Below are positions 39,743 to 49,266 of a DNA stretch of 64,000 nucleotides, in pieces. Source of the DNA: Deltaproteobacteria bacterium (GTDB taxonomy: Bacteria > Myxococcota_A > UBA9160 > UBA4427); the NCBI GenBank assembly GCA_016713665.1, contig JADJOR010000002.1, positions 1,051,035-1,115,034 on the forward strand, read 5' to 3'. Position numbers and translations under genes: made by a program. Under the pieces are notes generated by a model. The model ran no database searches. It had not been told where the DNA came from and worked only from the letters and a program-made list of their open reading frames with translations. Every line of letters begins with the position of its first letter. Position 1 is the stretch's first letter.

Positions 39743-40462
39743 GTGCAGGTGGAGCGGGCGATTCGGGTTTTTTCGGGGAATTTGTGGTGGGGGAAGGCGG
39801 ATCCGGATGGGTTGATCTCGCTCATCCGGGAGCATGAGATCGACGTCTTCGCGGCGCAGGAGCTCGGCTTCGAGAACGCGGAGGCGATTGCGTCGGAGCT
39901 GCCGCATGGCTGCATGGAGCCCGACTCGACCTACCACGGCATGGGCATCGCGCTCCGGCATCCCGGCAAATACGAACGCATCCCCCTCGAATACCGCGAC
40001 GCGCGCCGCGCGCTCCTCGATCCCGGGGATTGGCCGGGGCTCGGCCATGCGGTCGACCTCGTGAACGTCCATTTCCAGGCGCCCCACTCGATGCGGCCCT
40101 TCCCGCCGCCCTGGGTCCGCTATCAGCAGGTCCGCGGGCTCGAGCGGTTCTTCGGGGAGAATCCCGCCGCCGTTCGTGCGGTCGTCGGGGACTGCAACGC
40201 GTCGCCGATGTGGCCGCTCTATCGACGGCTCGCGCGGCAGATGCGCGACGGGGCGGTCGAGGTCGCGCGGCGAGAGGGCCGACGGGTCGAGGCGACCTGG
40301 GGCCCGAAGCCCGAGAGCCCGCGGCTGCTCCGGATCGATCATGCGTTCGTGCGGGGGCTCGAGGTCGAGAGCTTCCGGGTCGTGACGATCCCGGGAAGCG
40401 ATCACTCGGGCATTCTCATGGAATGCCGGCCCTCGCTCGAGGCGGGGACGAAGGCGGCTTAG
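39743..40462 (+). CDS. Endonuclease/exonuclease/phosphatase (EEP) family protein
   Basis: EEP layout with VFAAQEL, VNVHF, GDCNASP and C-terminal IDHAF...SDHSGI. Confidence 0.7.
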   Translation: MQVERAIRVFSGNLWWGKADPDGLISLIREHEIDVFAAQELGFENAEAIASELPHGCMEPDSTYHGMGIALRHPGKYERIPLEYRDARRALLDPGDWPGLGHAVDLVNVHFQAPHSMRPFPPPWVRYQQVRGLERFFGENPAAVRAVVGDCNASPMWPLYRRLARQMRDGAVEVARREGRRVEATWGPKPESPRLLRIDHAFVRGLEVESFRVVTIPGSDHSGILMECRPSLEAGTKAA

Positions 40463-40505
40463 GCGGCGCAAGCCGCCCGGCCTCGGACTTCGTCTCGACC
40501 CCTCG

Positions 40506-40862
40506 CTACGCCGGCTCGGACGACTCGTTGTCGACGGCGCGGCGGGCGACCTTGCGGAGCGTTCGCGACGGGCGGACCCAGCTCGCCGACGCGGGCGACG
40601 ACCAGCCTGCCACCGCGACGCGGCGCATCGCCGACCGCGGCGCGAGCGCCGCGCGCTCTCCGATTCCAGCCATCACGGCAGGGGCACACCCGGGCGAGTT
40701 CGTCAGGGTCGCGGTCCGACGGCGGCCCGCGCTCGGGGCAGCCAGGCGACCGATCGCGCGATCGATGTCGCGGTCGAGCTGGGCATCCAGGTCGAGATCC
40801 AGGTCCCCGGTCGTTTCCAGGTCGTCCCGGTCCAGGTCGAGGTCGAATTCGTTCTGGTCCAT
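40506..40862 (-). CDS. Hypothetical protein with highly acidic N-terminus
   Basis: The ATG is preceded by a GAGAGGAG SD. The N-terminus is MDQNEFDLDLDRDDLETTGDLDLDLDAQLDRDIDRAIGRL. The remainder is low-information, and an alternate frame shows a CPxxG...CPC pattern, so a frame error is possible. Confidence 0.4.
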   Translation of the reverse strand: MDQNEFDLDLDRDDLETTGDLDLDLDAQLDRDIDRAIGRLAAPSAGRRRTATLTNSPGCAPAVMAGIGERAALAPRSAMRRVAVAGWSSPASASWVRPSRTLRKVARRAVDNESSEPA

Positions 40863-41124
40863 CGGTGGGCTCCTCTCGGGTGGGTCTTGGGTGGGGGTCG
40901 CGTTGGATATGAATAGACAGAGGCACGCTAGGAGAATAAAAAGCGAAAGTCAATCTGGGTGAGGGGATGAGAGGGGGTCGAGGGGCGGCTGGGGTCGAGC
41001 AGCGGCCATTGGGCGCGGGGACGGACTCGGCGGGCGGGCGGGCTCGCGGGGGGATTCGATCGCGGCAGTAGGCGGTGGTCGCGGGCGGGTCGACGGGGGC
41101 GGGGCAGGGTGGTATCCACCGGCC

Positions 41125-41200
41125 GGGCCCGTAGCTCAGTCGGTAGAGCAGGAGACTTTTAATCTCTAGGTCCAGGGTTCGAGTCCCTGCGGGCTCACCA
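41125..41200 (+). tRNA. tRNA-Lys (anticodon UUU), CCA encoded
   Basis: gggcccgtagctcagtcggtagagcaggagaCTTTTAAtctctaggtccagggttcgagtccctgcgggctcacca. The cloverleaf is readable: 7-bp acceptor stem, GGAGA/TCTCT anticodon stem, and GGTTCGAGTCC T-arm. Confidence 0.95.
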
Positions 41201-41437
41201 TATCTTGTCCAGCCGGACTGTCCGGCGCGTCCGTAAAGACGATCCCCGCCGCCTATTTCGATCGACCTCAGGTCTGGGGTATCCGGTCGCTCCAGTCCGA
41301 AGCGTTCGTCTCTTCCGATTCGGAGGCGGAGCGTCGCTGAGGATGCGTGGGTCCGTCATCCGCTTGCTTCGGCGATCGCGGCTTAACGCGGCGCCGAGCT
41401 GCTATCTCGCAGCCTCTCCTCTCTACCCCAGCCCGCC

Positions 41438-42232
41438 TCAAAAGCTGATCGTCATCCCCCCCACCGTTCGCATCTGCGTGGACCCCAGCTGACTGAACGA
41501 CGAGAACGGCGGCGCGATCGAGGCGGACGCTTCGCGGACGAACCTCAGGTCGAGCGTGCAGTCCTGTGTGATGTCGATGGCGGGGTCGGTCGCCTCGGGC
41601 AGGAGGCCGAGGTCGTAGGAGTAGGCGCCGTCGTCGAGGACCTGGAGGTAGGAGCTCCCGCCTCGGGTCCCGCCCGTCAGCGTCTTGCAGGATCGGCTGA
41701 GCCAGATCTGGATGACGCCTCCCGGATCCGCGGGCGTCCATTCGAGATCGAGGTGGTCCTGGAAGCCGAGCGATAGTCCCGGAGTCGGCGACGTCACGGT
41801 GAACGCGGGGCGGAGCGGGAGAGTGAAGCTCGAGCCTCGGATGCGGATCGTGACAGGGCCCTCGGCGGGGCTGAGGTCGAAGGTTGTTTCGTAGTAGGGA
41901 GAGGTCGCGTCCGGATCGCGCTGGAGCGTTCGGGAGCGTCCGCCCAGGCTGACGCGGACGGAGTCCCCGCCGCCGAGCTCGACATCCTGGACGCCGAAGA
42001 GGATCGAGTCGCGTTCGAACGAGGCGCCGACGCGGACGTGGTCGGGCGAGCTGGCGACGACGCTGATGCTCGCCTCGAGATCTCCGGTCGCGACGCCGCC
42101 GCTGCTCACGGTATTCGAGGAGTCACCCTCGACGCTCGTGCTCGAGCCGCAGCCGATCAGATGGGCGGCGAATAGCGCGAGGAGAGCGAGCGATCGGATG
42201 CGAAATGGGGTCGAGCGCGACGGCAAGGCCAT
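41438..42232 (-). CDS. Lipoprotein of unknown function
   Basis: Start at MALPSRS (42232). Lipobox AAHLIGC. It is beta-rich with two similar halves and has no motif I recognise. Confidence 0.6.
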   Translation of the reverse strand: MALPSRSTPFRIRSLALLALFAAHLIGCGSSTSVEGDSSNTVSSGGVATGDLEASISVVASSPDHVRVGASFERDSILFGVQDVELGGGDSVRVSLGGRSRTLQRDPDATSPYYETTFDLSPAEGPVTIRIRGSSFTLPLRPAFTVTSPTPGLSLGFQDHLDLEWTPADPGGVIQIWLSRSCKTLTGGTRGGSSYLQVLDDGAYSYDLGLLPEATDPAIDITQDCTLDLRFVREASASIAPPFSSFSQLGSTQMRTVGGMTISF

Positions 42233-42591
42233 GTCGTTTTCTGCTTGGCGAACGAGCGCGTACGACGGGCCGGGGGTGTTCGGATCGGCGGACCCTTGGG
42301 GGGGCCGGGGGGCCTGCGGGATGCATCCCCAGTTGGTCGGGTGACCGGAGGGGAGCGCGAGGAAGCGACCGATCGGGTTTCGGGGGAGCATGGGTCGGCG
42401 ACCTCCTGATTCGATCTGGCCATCCGAGCATGCCGTGTGATCGGACGAAGATCCGTCGTGATTCCTTTGGATTTCCTTAAGGTTCGGGCGCGGTCCGGGC
42501 GGCGCGCGCGGCGCTCGACGGGGGCGATGGGGCTTCTTCGACCGTTACATTTCTCGCCCGATCCGCTATTCGGAATCTCGCGAGGCCCAGT

Positions 42592-45500
42592 CTGTCTTTC
42601 CTTATCCTCGACATCGAGCTCGGCCGCGACGGCGCCTTCCACGCCCTGGCGGCCCGCCGAGAAGGCGCAGAACGGCTCTGGGAGCGAGACCAGGGCGCGA
42701 CCTTCGAGAAGGCCCACCGAGAGCTCGTCGCCTGGCTGCGCCCCGACGACATCCTCGTTGGCCACAACCTCCACCGCTTCGACCGCCCCGCCATCGCCGA
42801 GCGCGTCCCCGACTCCCCGTTGCTTCGCCTACCGACCCTCGACACCCTCGAGCTCTCGGTCCTGGCCTTCCCCCGGCGCCCCTACCACCGCCTGGTCAAG
42901 GACGATCGCCTCGTCCGCGACGCCCGCCCGAGCCCGGTCTCTGACGTCCGCGCCTCGCAGCGCGTGCTCGAAGACGCGCTCGCAGCTTGGGAACCTTCGC
43001 CTTTAGTCCCACGCGCCGATCTCCCAGACCATGCCCGGGAGGGTTGGCGTCGCCTCTATGAAATGAACGGTTGGCCTTGGAATGCGAGCGAGGCCGTCGA
43101 TCTCCGGACTCGGTGGCGCGGCCGCGTCTGCGACAACAGCCCACGCCTATCGCCGACCCGAATCGACATGCCCCTGGTCCTTCTCGACGCGTGGCTCCAG
43201 GTGCAGGACGAGGCCGGCTCGGTCCTGCCGCGCTGGGTGCGCGAGAACTGGCCCGAGATCCGAACGATGGCCCGCGACCTGCGGGCGACCGCGTGCCGGG
43301 ACGCGTCTTGCGCGTGGTGTACGACGAATCTGAGTCCCGATCACTGGCTCCGCGAGGTGTTCGGATTCGACGCCTACCGGGAGGAGCCGGCGCTTCCCGA
43401 CGGTACCTCGCTCCAGCGCGACCTCGTCGCCCGCGGCCTGCGCGAACAATCGACCTTCGGAATCCTGCCGACGGGCGGCGGCAAGTCGCTCTGCTTCCAG
43501 GTGCCCGCGGAAGCGCGATTTCGACTTCTCGGACAGCTGACGATCGTCATCTCGCCCTTGCAGTCCCTGATGAAGGACCAGGTCGACTCCCTCAAGGACC
43601 GCATTCCGCACGGTCGCGCGATCTACAGTGGTTTGCCGAGCCTGCTTCGGCCTCATGTTCTCGAAGAGGTCAGGACGGGCGCCTGCGGGCTCCTCTACCT
43701 GTCCCCGGAGCAGCTTCGAAACCGCGGCATAGTAAAGCTTCTGAAGAGCCGCGAGATCGGCGCGGTCGTCTTCGACGAGGCCCACTGTCTATCGCAATGG
43801 GGCCACGACTTCCGGACCGACTACCCCTACGTGCTCCAGGCGATCCGACGCATCACCCAGACGGGCCCGATGCCGCCCGTCTTCCTGTTCACCGCGACGA
43901 CCCAACCCGACGCGACCCGCGAAATCATCGAGTACGCGCAGCAGTTCAGCGGCCACGACGTCGAGCTCGTCGATGGCGGCTCCGCCCGGGTCAACCTCAC
44001 GTACGAAGTGCGTCAGGTCGCTCCGCCGGATCGGGTCGAGACGGTCGTCGAGCTGTTGAGGGAGCACCTCCAGGACGGTTCCGCCGTCGTGTTTTGCAGC
44101 AGCCGGAACCGGACGGAGGAGATCGCCGACCAGCTGACCGCAATGGGCTTTCCTCGCAGCACTACCACGCCGGACTCGACGTCGACGAGCGCCGCCAGCG
44201 CCAGGACGACTTCATCCGCGGCGACATCCGCATCGTGACCGCCACGAACGCCTTCGGCATGGGCGTCGACAAGGACAACGTCCGGCTGGTCGTCCATGTC
44301 GACATGCCGAGCAGCCTCGAGGCCTACTTGCAGGAGGCCGGTCGGGCGGGCCGCGACGGGAAGCCGGCCACCGCCGTTCTCCTCTGGGCGCCCGGCGATG
44401 CCGAGCCCCGCTTTGAGATGACCGCGATGTCGGACCTGAGCGGCGATGATCTACGGGCGATCTGGCGCGCGATCCAGCAGCTGCCATCGGCGCGCATTGA
44501 TCAGCTCGAGCGCCGCGTCGTCACCCCGCGCGAGCTCTTGTTCCAGGAGGCCCTCGCGGGCCGATTCGATCCGTCGAACGAGCAAGAGGAAACCCGCGTC
44601 AAGGCGGCCGTCAACTGGCTCGAGCGGGCAGGGGTCCTGCAGCGCACGGAGAATCAGACGCTCGTCTTCACGGGACGCCCCCGACTTCCGACTCTCGATG
44701 AAGCAATCGCTGTCGTCGAGTCCCTCGACATCGCGCCGCCCAAGGTCGAGCAGTGGAAGGCCGTGCTGGCCCGGGTCTACGACGCGGGCGACGACGGCCT
44801 GTCTGCCGACGACATCGCCGTCTTGTGCCAGGAGATGTCGTACGAAGACCCGCTCGAGGGCGGACTGCGGATCCTCCGGATCCTCGCCCAGATGGTCGAG
44901 CGCCGGCTGTTGACCGCGGGCCAGACGTTCTCGGCCATCCTGAGCCATCGCGTCGTCGACAGCAGCGTTCGACGTCTCGATCGCTGGCGCGCCTGGGAAG
45001 ATCAGATCCTCGACGCCCTCGAGGAGCAGGCCGACGAATCCGAATGGGTCCACCTCCGACCGATCGCCGAGCGGCTGACATCGATCGAGGGCGCATGTAC
45101 TCCGAATGACGTCGCGCGCATCCTGCGGACCTGGCGGACCGCGCCGGACGGCCAGGCGCGCGGACGCATCGGGCCCGAGTTCCGAAGCCTTCGCGGCGAG
45201 ACGGGCCGCCTGCGGCTCGACTCCGCGCTCGCCGACGTCCGAACATGGCTGCATACCCGCCAATCCGTCGCCGCAGTTTGCCTGCGCGCCCTCGTCGATC
45301 TCGCCGAAGGCACGGGAAGCCAGGTCTTCGTCGCGACCGATCTCGAGCATCTCGTGGGCGTGGTCGAGCAGGACATGGTGCTGAAGTCGGGGCTGCAGAG
45401 CGTTCAGGATGCGGTCGTCTCCGCCGTCGGTTGGCTGCATACGCTCCGGATCCTCTCGGTCCAGAACGGCCTCGCCGTCTTCCGGATGGCCATGCAGATC

Positions 45501-45644
45501 GACCGGGATCCCTCGTGGCCGAAGCTCGGAGACCAGGAAGCCCAGCAGGCGACCGCGGCGCTGGCGTCGCACCAGGAGCAAAGGTCCTTCGCATCCACGT
45601 CATGGATGCCTGGGCCCGCCACATGCTCGAGGATCCAGGAGTAG
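42592..45644 (+). CDS. DEDD (DnaQ-like) 3'-5' exonuclease fused to a RecQ-family helicase with a long C-terminal extension; contains one frameshift
   Basis: Exonuclease motifs are LILDIE and VGHNLHRFD. RecQ motifs are PTGGGKSLCFQVPA, DEAHCLSQWGHDFR, HYHAGLD, ATNAFGMGVDKDNVRLVVHVDMP and QEAGRAGRDG. The frame changes at the TTT run 44149-44151 (track ORFs 42820..44238 and 43071..45644). No ATG/GTG/TTG lies upstream of the exonuclease motif; CTG 42592 lies 6 nt after GAGG. Confidence 0.75.
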
Positions 45645-47608
45645 GGGAGACCTTCCGGGCAGAGTGGTTCTCCTTGACGATCCAGGACTTCACTCGCAAG
45701 TGGTTCCCTGGCCGCAAACAACAGATCACTCGCCCCACCACGGCCGAGAGCTTCGACGCCATCGTTACGAACCTGAACGACGAGGACCAGGAAAAGATCG
45801 TCACCCGTGACATCCGGCGAAGCCATCTCGTCCTCGCCGGACCCGGGAGCGGCAAGACGCGGATCCTCGTCCATCGCGTCGCCTGGCTCCTGCGCGTTCA
45901 GCGGGTCCGGCCCCGAGAGATCCTCGTCGTCTGTTATACCCGCGCCAACGCGCTCGAGCTGCGCCGCCGACTCTCCCAACTTGTCGGTCGCGATGCCCGC
46001 TTTGTCACGATCCAGACGATTCACGCCGTCGCGATCAGCATGGTCGGATTCCACCGGATCGGGCGCGGTGGCGACTTGACCCTCGAGACGAGCCTCCCCG
46101 TCGCCGCCGCCATGCTTCGCGGCGAAGCGATGGAAGAGACGGAGCAGACCCGCCAGCGCGACGCCTTGCTCCGCGGCTTCAACTACCTGTTCGTCGACGA
46201 ATACCAGGACATCGACGCCGCGAAGTACGAGCTCTTGTCGGCCATCGCAGGCCGCGCCATGGAGGGCGACCAGCGGAGGCTTCGCGTCTTCGCGGTCGGC
46301 GACGACGACCAATCGATCTACGCCTGGGACGGCGCGAGCAACGACTTCATCCGAAGCTTCGAGCAGGACTACAACGCGACCCGCTTCATCGTGCCCCACA
46401 GCTACCGGAATCCGAAGGCGGTCCTCGACATGGCACAGGCCCTGATCGAGCCGCTGCCCGACCGTCTCAAGGCGGGGACTCGGTTGACGGTCGACCCCGC
46501 GCGCGACCCCGATCCGGACGTCGGCCCGTGGGCCGCGCGGCATCCCGATCTACGCGGGCGATACGTCTGGCATCGCGCGGCGTCGGTGCCCATCGCGGCG
46601 CGGCGACTGATGGAGGTCGTTCGCCGCTGGATCGACAACGGAGTCGCTCCCGATTCGATCGGCGTCCTTGCGCGCAGCCGTCCGACCGGGCTCCACCGGC
46701 TGCGAAGCGCGGCCGAGGCCGCGGGGGTTCCATTCGCCTGGACGCTCCCGGGCGAGAGTTCTATCCCGATGAGCCGGGTGCGGGAGGTGGCGACGCTGCT
46801 CGATTGGCTGCGGGAGCAGACGGGGGCGGAGGAGCGGATTGCCTCGGGGGCCTTGCTCGAGCAGATACGGCAGCTCTCGGATGGACCGTGGCGGGGCAGT
46901 CTCCTGGAATGGCTCGAGCCCTTCTCCGGTCGGAGGATGACGAGTGCCCAATGGCAATATGAGTTGCTTGCCTGGGCCCAGCTCGAGCGCCGAGCCCGTG
47001 TGTTGGGGAAGGGTGTGCATCTCGGGACGATGCATAGCGCCAAGGGGCTCGAGTTCGATCATGTCATGCTGCTCGACGACGGGACGCTTGCAGATACGCC
47101 GGAGGAGCGGAGGCTGCTCTATGTCGCGCTGACGCGGGCGCGGCGGTCGTTGCAGATCTTCTCAGCGTACGCACCGAGTCCGGTGTTTGCGGCGTTGCGG
47201 CATCCGAAGCTCGAGATTCGCGAAGAGCCGATGATCGTGGCGGATGCGGGGCCGGTTTCTGAATTCGAATACGGCTATGTCGACCTCGACTCAATCTGGA
47301 TCGATTGGTTGGGGCGGCAGCCGAGCGCCGATGCCGGGCACACGGCGATTCGGGAAGCGCAGTATGCGGATGCCTTTGTGATTCGGGCTGATGGCTCGAT
47401 CGTCGACACTGCCGGGCGGAAGGTCGCGGTGCTGTCCAATGCTGGGCAGCGGACGTGGTTGCCGCGGGTGGAGAGGCAGTTGAAGCTGCGGCTGGTTGCG
47501 GCGGTTCGGGAGGAGCGCGACTCGCCCGGGCGGGTGAAGGAGTATGCGGAGCAGCTGGTGGTGGGGCGGTGGTATACGGGGGTTTGGGAGGCGCGGTGGC
47601 GGGGGTGA
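45602..47608 (+). CDS. UvrD/Rep-like SF1 helicase with unassigned approx 130-aa C-terminal domain
   Basis: LAGPGSGKT, FVDEYQD, VGDDDQSIY, HSAKGLEFDHVML and YVALTRAR. The start is uncertain (ATG 45602 or 45623), and the protein may instead be fused to the upstream RecQ-like ORF. Confidence 0.8.
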   Translation: MDAWARHMLEDPGVGETFRAEWFSLTIQDFTRKWFPGRKQQITRPTTAESFDAIVTNLNDEDQEKIVTRDIRRSHLVLAGPGSGKTRILVHRVAWLLRVQRVRPREILVVCYTRANALELRRRLSQLVGRDARFVTIQTIHAVAISMVGFHRIGRGGDLTLETSLPVAAAMLRGEAMEETEQTRQRDALLRGFNYLFVDEYQDIDAAKYELLSAIAGRAMEGDQRRLRVFAVGDDDQSIYAWDGASNDFIRSFEQDYNATRFIVPHSYRNPKAVLDMAQALIEPLPDRLKAGTRLTVDPARDPDPDVGPWAARHPDLRGRYVWHRAASVPIAARRLMEVVRRWIDNGVAPDSIGVLARSRPTGLHRLRSAAEAAGVPFAWTLPGESSIPMSRVREVATLLDWLREQTGAEERIASGALLEQIRQLSDGPWRGSLLEWLEPFSGRRMTSAQWQYELLAWAQLERRARVLGKGVHLGTMHSAKGLEFDHVMLLDDGTLADTPEERRLLYVALTRARRSLQIFSAYAPSPVFAALRHPKLEIREEPMIVADAGPVSEFEYGYVDLDSIWIDWLGRQPSADAGHTAIREAQYADAFVIRADGSIVDTAGRKVAVLSNAGQRTWLPRVERQLKLRLVAAVREERDSPGRVKEYAEQLVVGRWYTGVWEARWRG

Positions 47609-47634
47609 GGGAACGCGTGGTCCAAATATGACTC

Positions 47635-47671
47635 AAAATGTCGGCACCCATGTTATCCATGCCGACATTTT
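47635..47671. promoter_or_regulatory. Perfect 12-bp inverted repeat (terminator of the helicase gene and/or AbiEi operator)
   Basis: aaaatgtcggca (47635-47646), a 13-nt spacer, then tgccgacatttt (47660-47671). It ends 3 nt before the -35 of the abiE promoter candidate. Confidence 0.6.
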
Positions 47672-47674
47672 GCG

Positions 47675-47704
47675 TTGACAGCCCCTTCGGAGTCGGCGCA
47701 TATT
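47675..47704 (+). promoter_or_regulatory. Candidate abiE promoter TTGACA-N18-CATATT, predicting a leaderless or near-leaderless abiEi mRNA
   Basis: The -35 is at 47675-47680 and the -10 at 47699-47704, with ATG 47711 seven nt downstream. The TTG used as the ORF-track start is the -35 hexamer itself. Confidence 0.45.
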
Positions 47705-47710
47705 GCCGGC

Positions 47711-48349
47711 ATGCCGCGCGCACCTGCCGCTCCCACGCGTCACCGCACGAGCTCGAGCGACCCGCTGGACGGTCTCCGGGCTGCCGGGATCTCCGGATTC
47801 TTCCGACCGAGCCAGCTCGCGAGGGCGGGCCTGACTCGGGACCAGCTTCCGGCGCTCCTCCGGTCTGGCAAGGTCGAACGCATCGGCCGCGGCCTCTATC
47901 GGATCGCGGAGGCCGAGCCGACCGAGAACTACTCTCTCGCCATGGCATGCGCACGAGTGCCTAACAGCATCGTCTGCCTGCTGTCTGCGCTCCGCGTCCA
48001 CGGTATCGGTTCCCAGGCGTCCGCCGCGGTCTGGCTCGCCATCCCGCACAAAGCACGGGCGCCGCGTCTGCCCGAGCTTCGGCTGCGCATCGTGCGCTTC
48101 AGCGGACCGGCCTGGACATTCGGCATACAGGAAACCGAATTCGAGGGGGTGCCGGCACGCATCACGTCGCCGGCCCGGACCGTCGCCGACTGCTTCCGCT
48201 TCGAGCGCCTCATCGGACCCGAGGCGGCGATGGAGGCGCTTCAAGACGGGCTTCGCCAGCGCAAGCTGACGATCGCCGAGCTCTCTCGCGTGGAGGAAGT
48301 CCTCCCGTCGCGCCGACTCAGCGCGGCACTGGATGCGCGATCGATATGA
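47711..48349 (+). CDS. abiEi: AbiEi-family type IV toxin-antitoxin antitoxin / transcriptional regulator
   Basis: The N-terminal winged-helix segment (FRPSQLARAGLTRDQLPALLRSGKVERIGRGLYR) and C-terminal domain are typical of AbiEi. There is a 4-nt overlap with abiEii. Confidence 0.8.
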   Translation: MPRAPAAPTRHRTSSSDPLDGLRAAGISGFFRPSQLARAGLTRDQLPALLRSGKVERIGRGLYRIAEAEPTENYSLAMACARVPNSIVCLLSALRVHGIGSQASAAVWLAIPHKARAPRLPELRLRIVRFSGPAWTFGIQETEFEGVPARITSPARTVADCFRFERLIGPEAAMEALQDGLRQRKLTIAELSRVEEVLPSRRLSAALDARSI

Positions 48350-49266
48350 CGACCGATGCTGCCGCCTCGGTCCGTGCTCGACTCCTGAACCAGGCACGGG
48401 AACGCGGCGAGGAGTTCGAGTTGACGCTGACGCGCTTCGTCGCCGAGCGGCTGCTCTACCGCCTTGGAGCGTCCCGCGCGCGTGATCGCTGCATTCTGAA
48501 AGGGGCGAGCCTCCTCGCGGTCTGGCTTCCCGATCCCTACCGCGCGACGCGGGACATCGACGTCCTGGCATCGGGACCGACGGACGAGGACGCGATCCGA
48601 TCGCTCGTCGCCGAGATCTGTGCCGTTCCGTGTTCCGTGGACGGGGTGCGGTTCGACGTTTCCGAACTCGTCGTCGACGCGATCCGGTCCGAGGATGAAT
48701 ACTCCGGCCAGCGCGCGCGCTTCCGCGCCTTTCTAGGCAATGCGCGGATCGCCGTTCAGGTCGACATCGGCGTCGGCGACGCGGTGGCCGGACCGATCGA
48801 GGAGATCGACTACCCGACGATGTTGCCCGCGCTCCCCACGCCGCGGCTGCGCGCCTACCCGAGGCAGGTCGCCGTAGCCGAGAAGTTCGAGGCGATGGTC
48901 AAGCTGGACACGCGCAACAGCCGGATGAAGGATTTCCATGACGTCTGGGCCCTCGCCGGCGGATTCGCGTTCGAGGGACCAGCACTCCGAAGCGCCGTCG
49001 CCGCCTGCTTCGAACGGCGCGGTACCCCATGGACTGCCGAGGCGCCTCGAGCTTTGACGGCAGCGTTCTACCAGATGCCGGAGATCGAGTCCCGCTGGCG
49101 GCGCTATCTCGAGGCGGGCGCCGTGCTCGTGCCGCCGCCTGCGCAGTTCGAATCCATCGGGGAACGGATCATCCGCTTCCTGGGGCCGGTGCGCGAGAGC
49201 ATCCTTGCGGGCGAGCCGTTCCCGAAAATTTGGACGGAGGGAGGGCCGTGGCACCCGACCCGGTAA
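48346..49266 (+). CDS. abiEii: AbiEii/AbiGii-family nucleotidyltransferase toxin (DUF1814)
   Basis: ILKGASLL...ATRDIDVL nucleotidyltransferase motif, QVDIGVGD, and AEKFEAMV...SRMKDFHDVW. Confidence 0.85.
   Translation: MTTDAAASVRARLLNQARERGEEFELTLTRFVAERLLYRLGASRARDRCILKGASLLAVWLPDPYRATRDIDVLASGPTDEDAIRSLVAEICAVPCSVDGVRFDVSELVVDAIRSEDEYSGQRARFRAFLGNARIAVQVDIGVGDAVAGPIEEIDYPTMLPALPTPRLRAYPRQVAVAEKFEAMVKLDTRNSRMKDFHDVWALAGGFAFEGPALRSAVAACFERRGTPWTAEAPRALTAAFYQMPEIESRWRRYLEAGAVLVPPPAQFESIGERIIRFLGPVRESILAGEPFPKIWTEGGPWHPTR

Noticed and set aside
40459-40953. Alternate-frame zinc-ribbon-like ORF (…GCPERG…VCPCRDGW…) overlapping the acidic hypothetical gene
   Set aside because: It is Arg/Gly-rich shadow-ORF sequence with no start or SD of its own. 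It is noted only as a possible sign of a frame error in 40506..40862.
41201-41437. Integrase fragment or att repeat immediately 3' of tRNA-Lys, and at the far island border (49267-49438)
   Set aside because: No frame has recombinase-like residues. I saw no copy of the tRNA 3' end (ggttcgagtccctgcgggctcacca) at the other border. This needs a computational repeat search, so it is left open rather than called.
47675-47710. ORF-track start of abiEi at TTG 47675
   Set aside because: This TTG is the first half of a TTGACA -35 hexamer. The encoded 12 residues are not AbiEi-like, so ATG 47711 is preferred.
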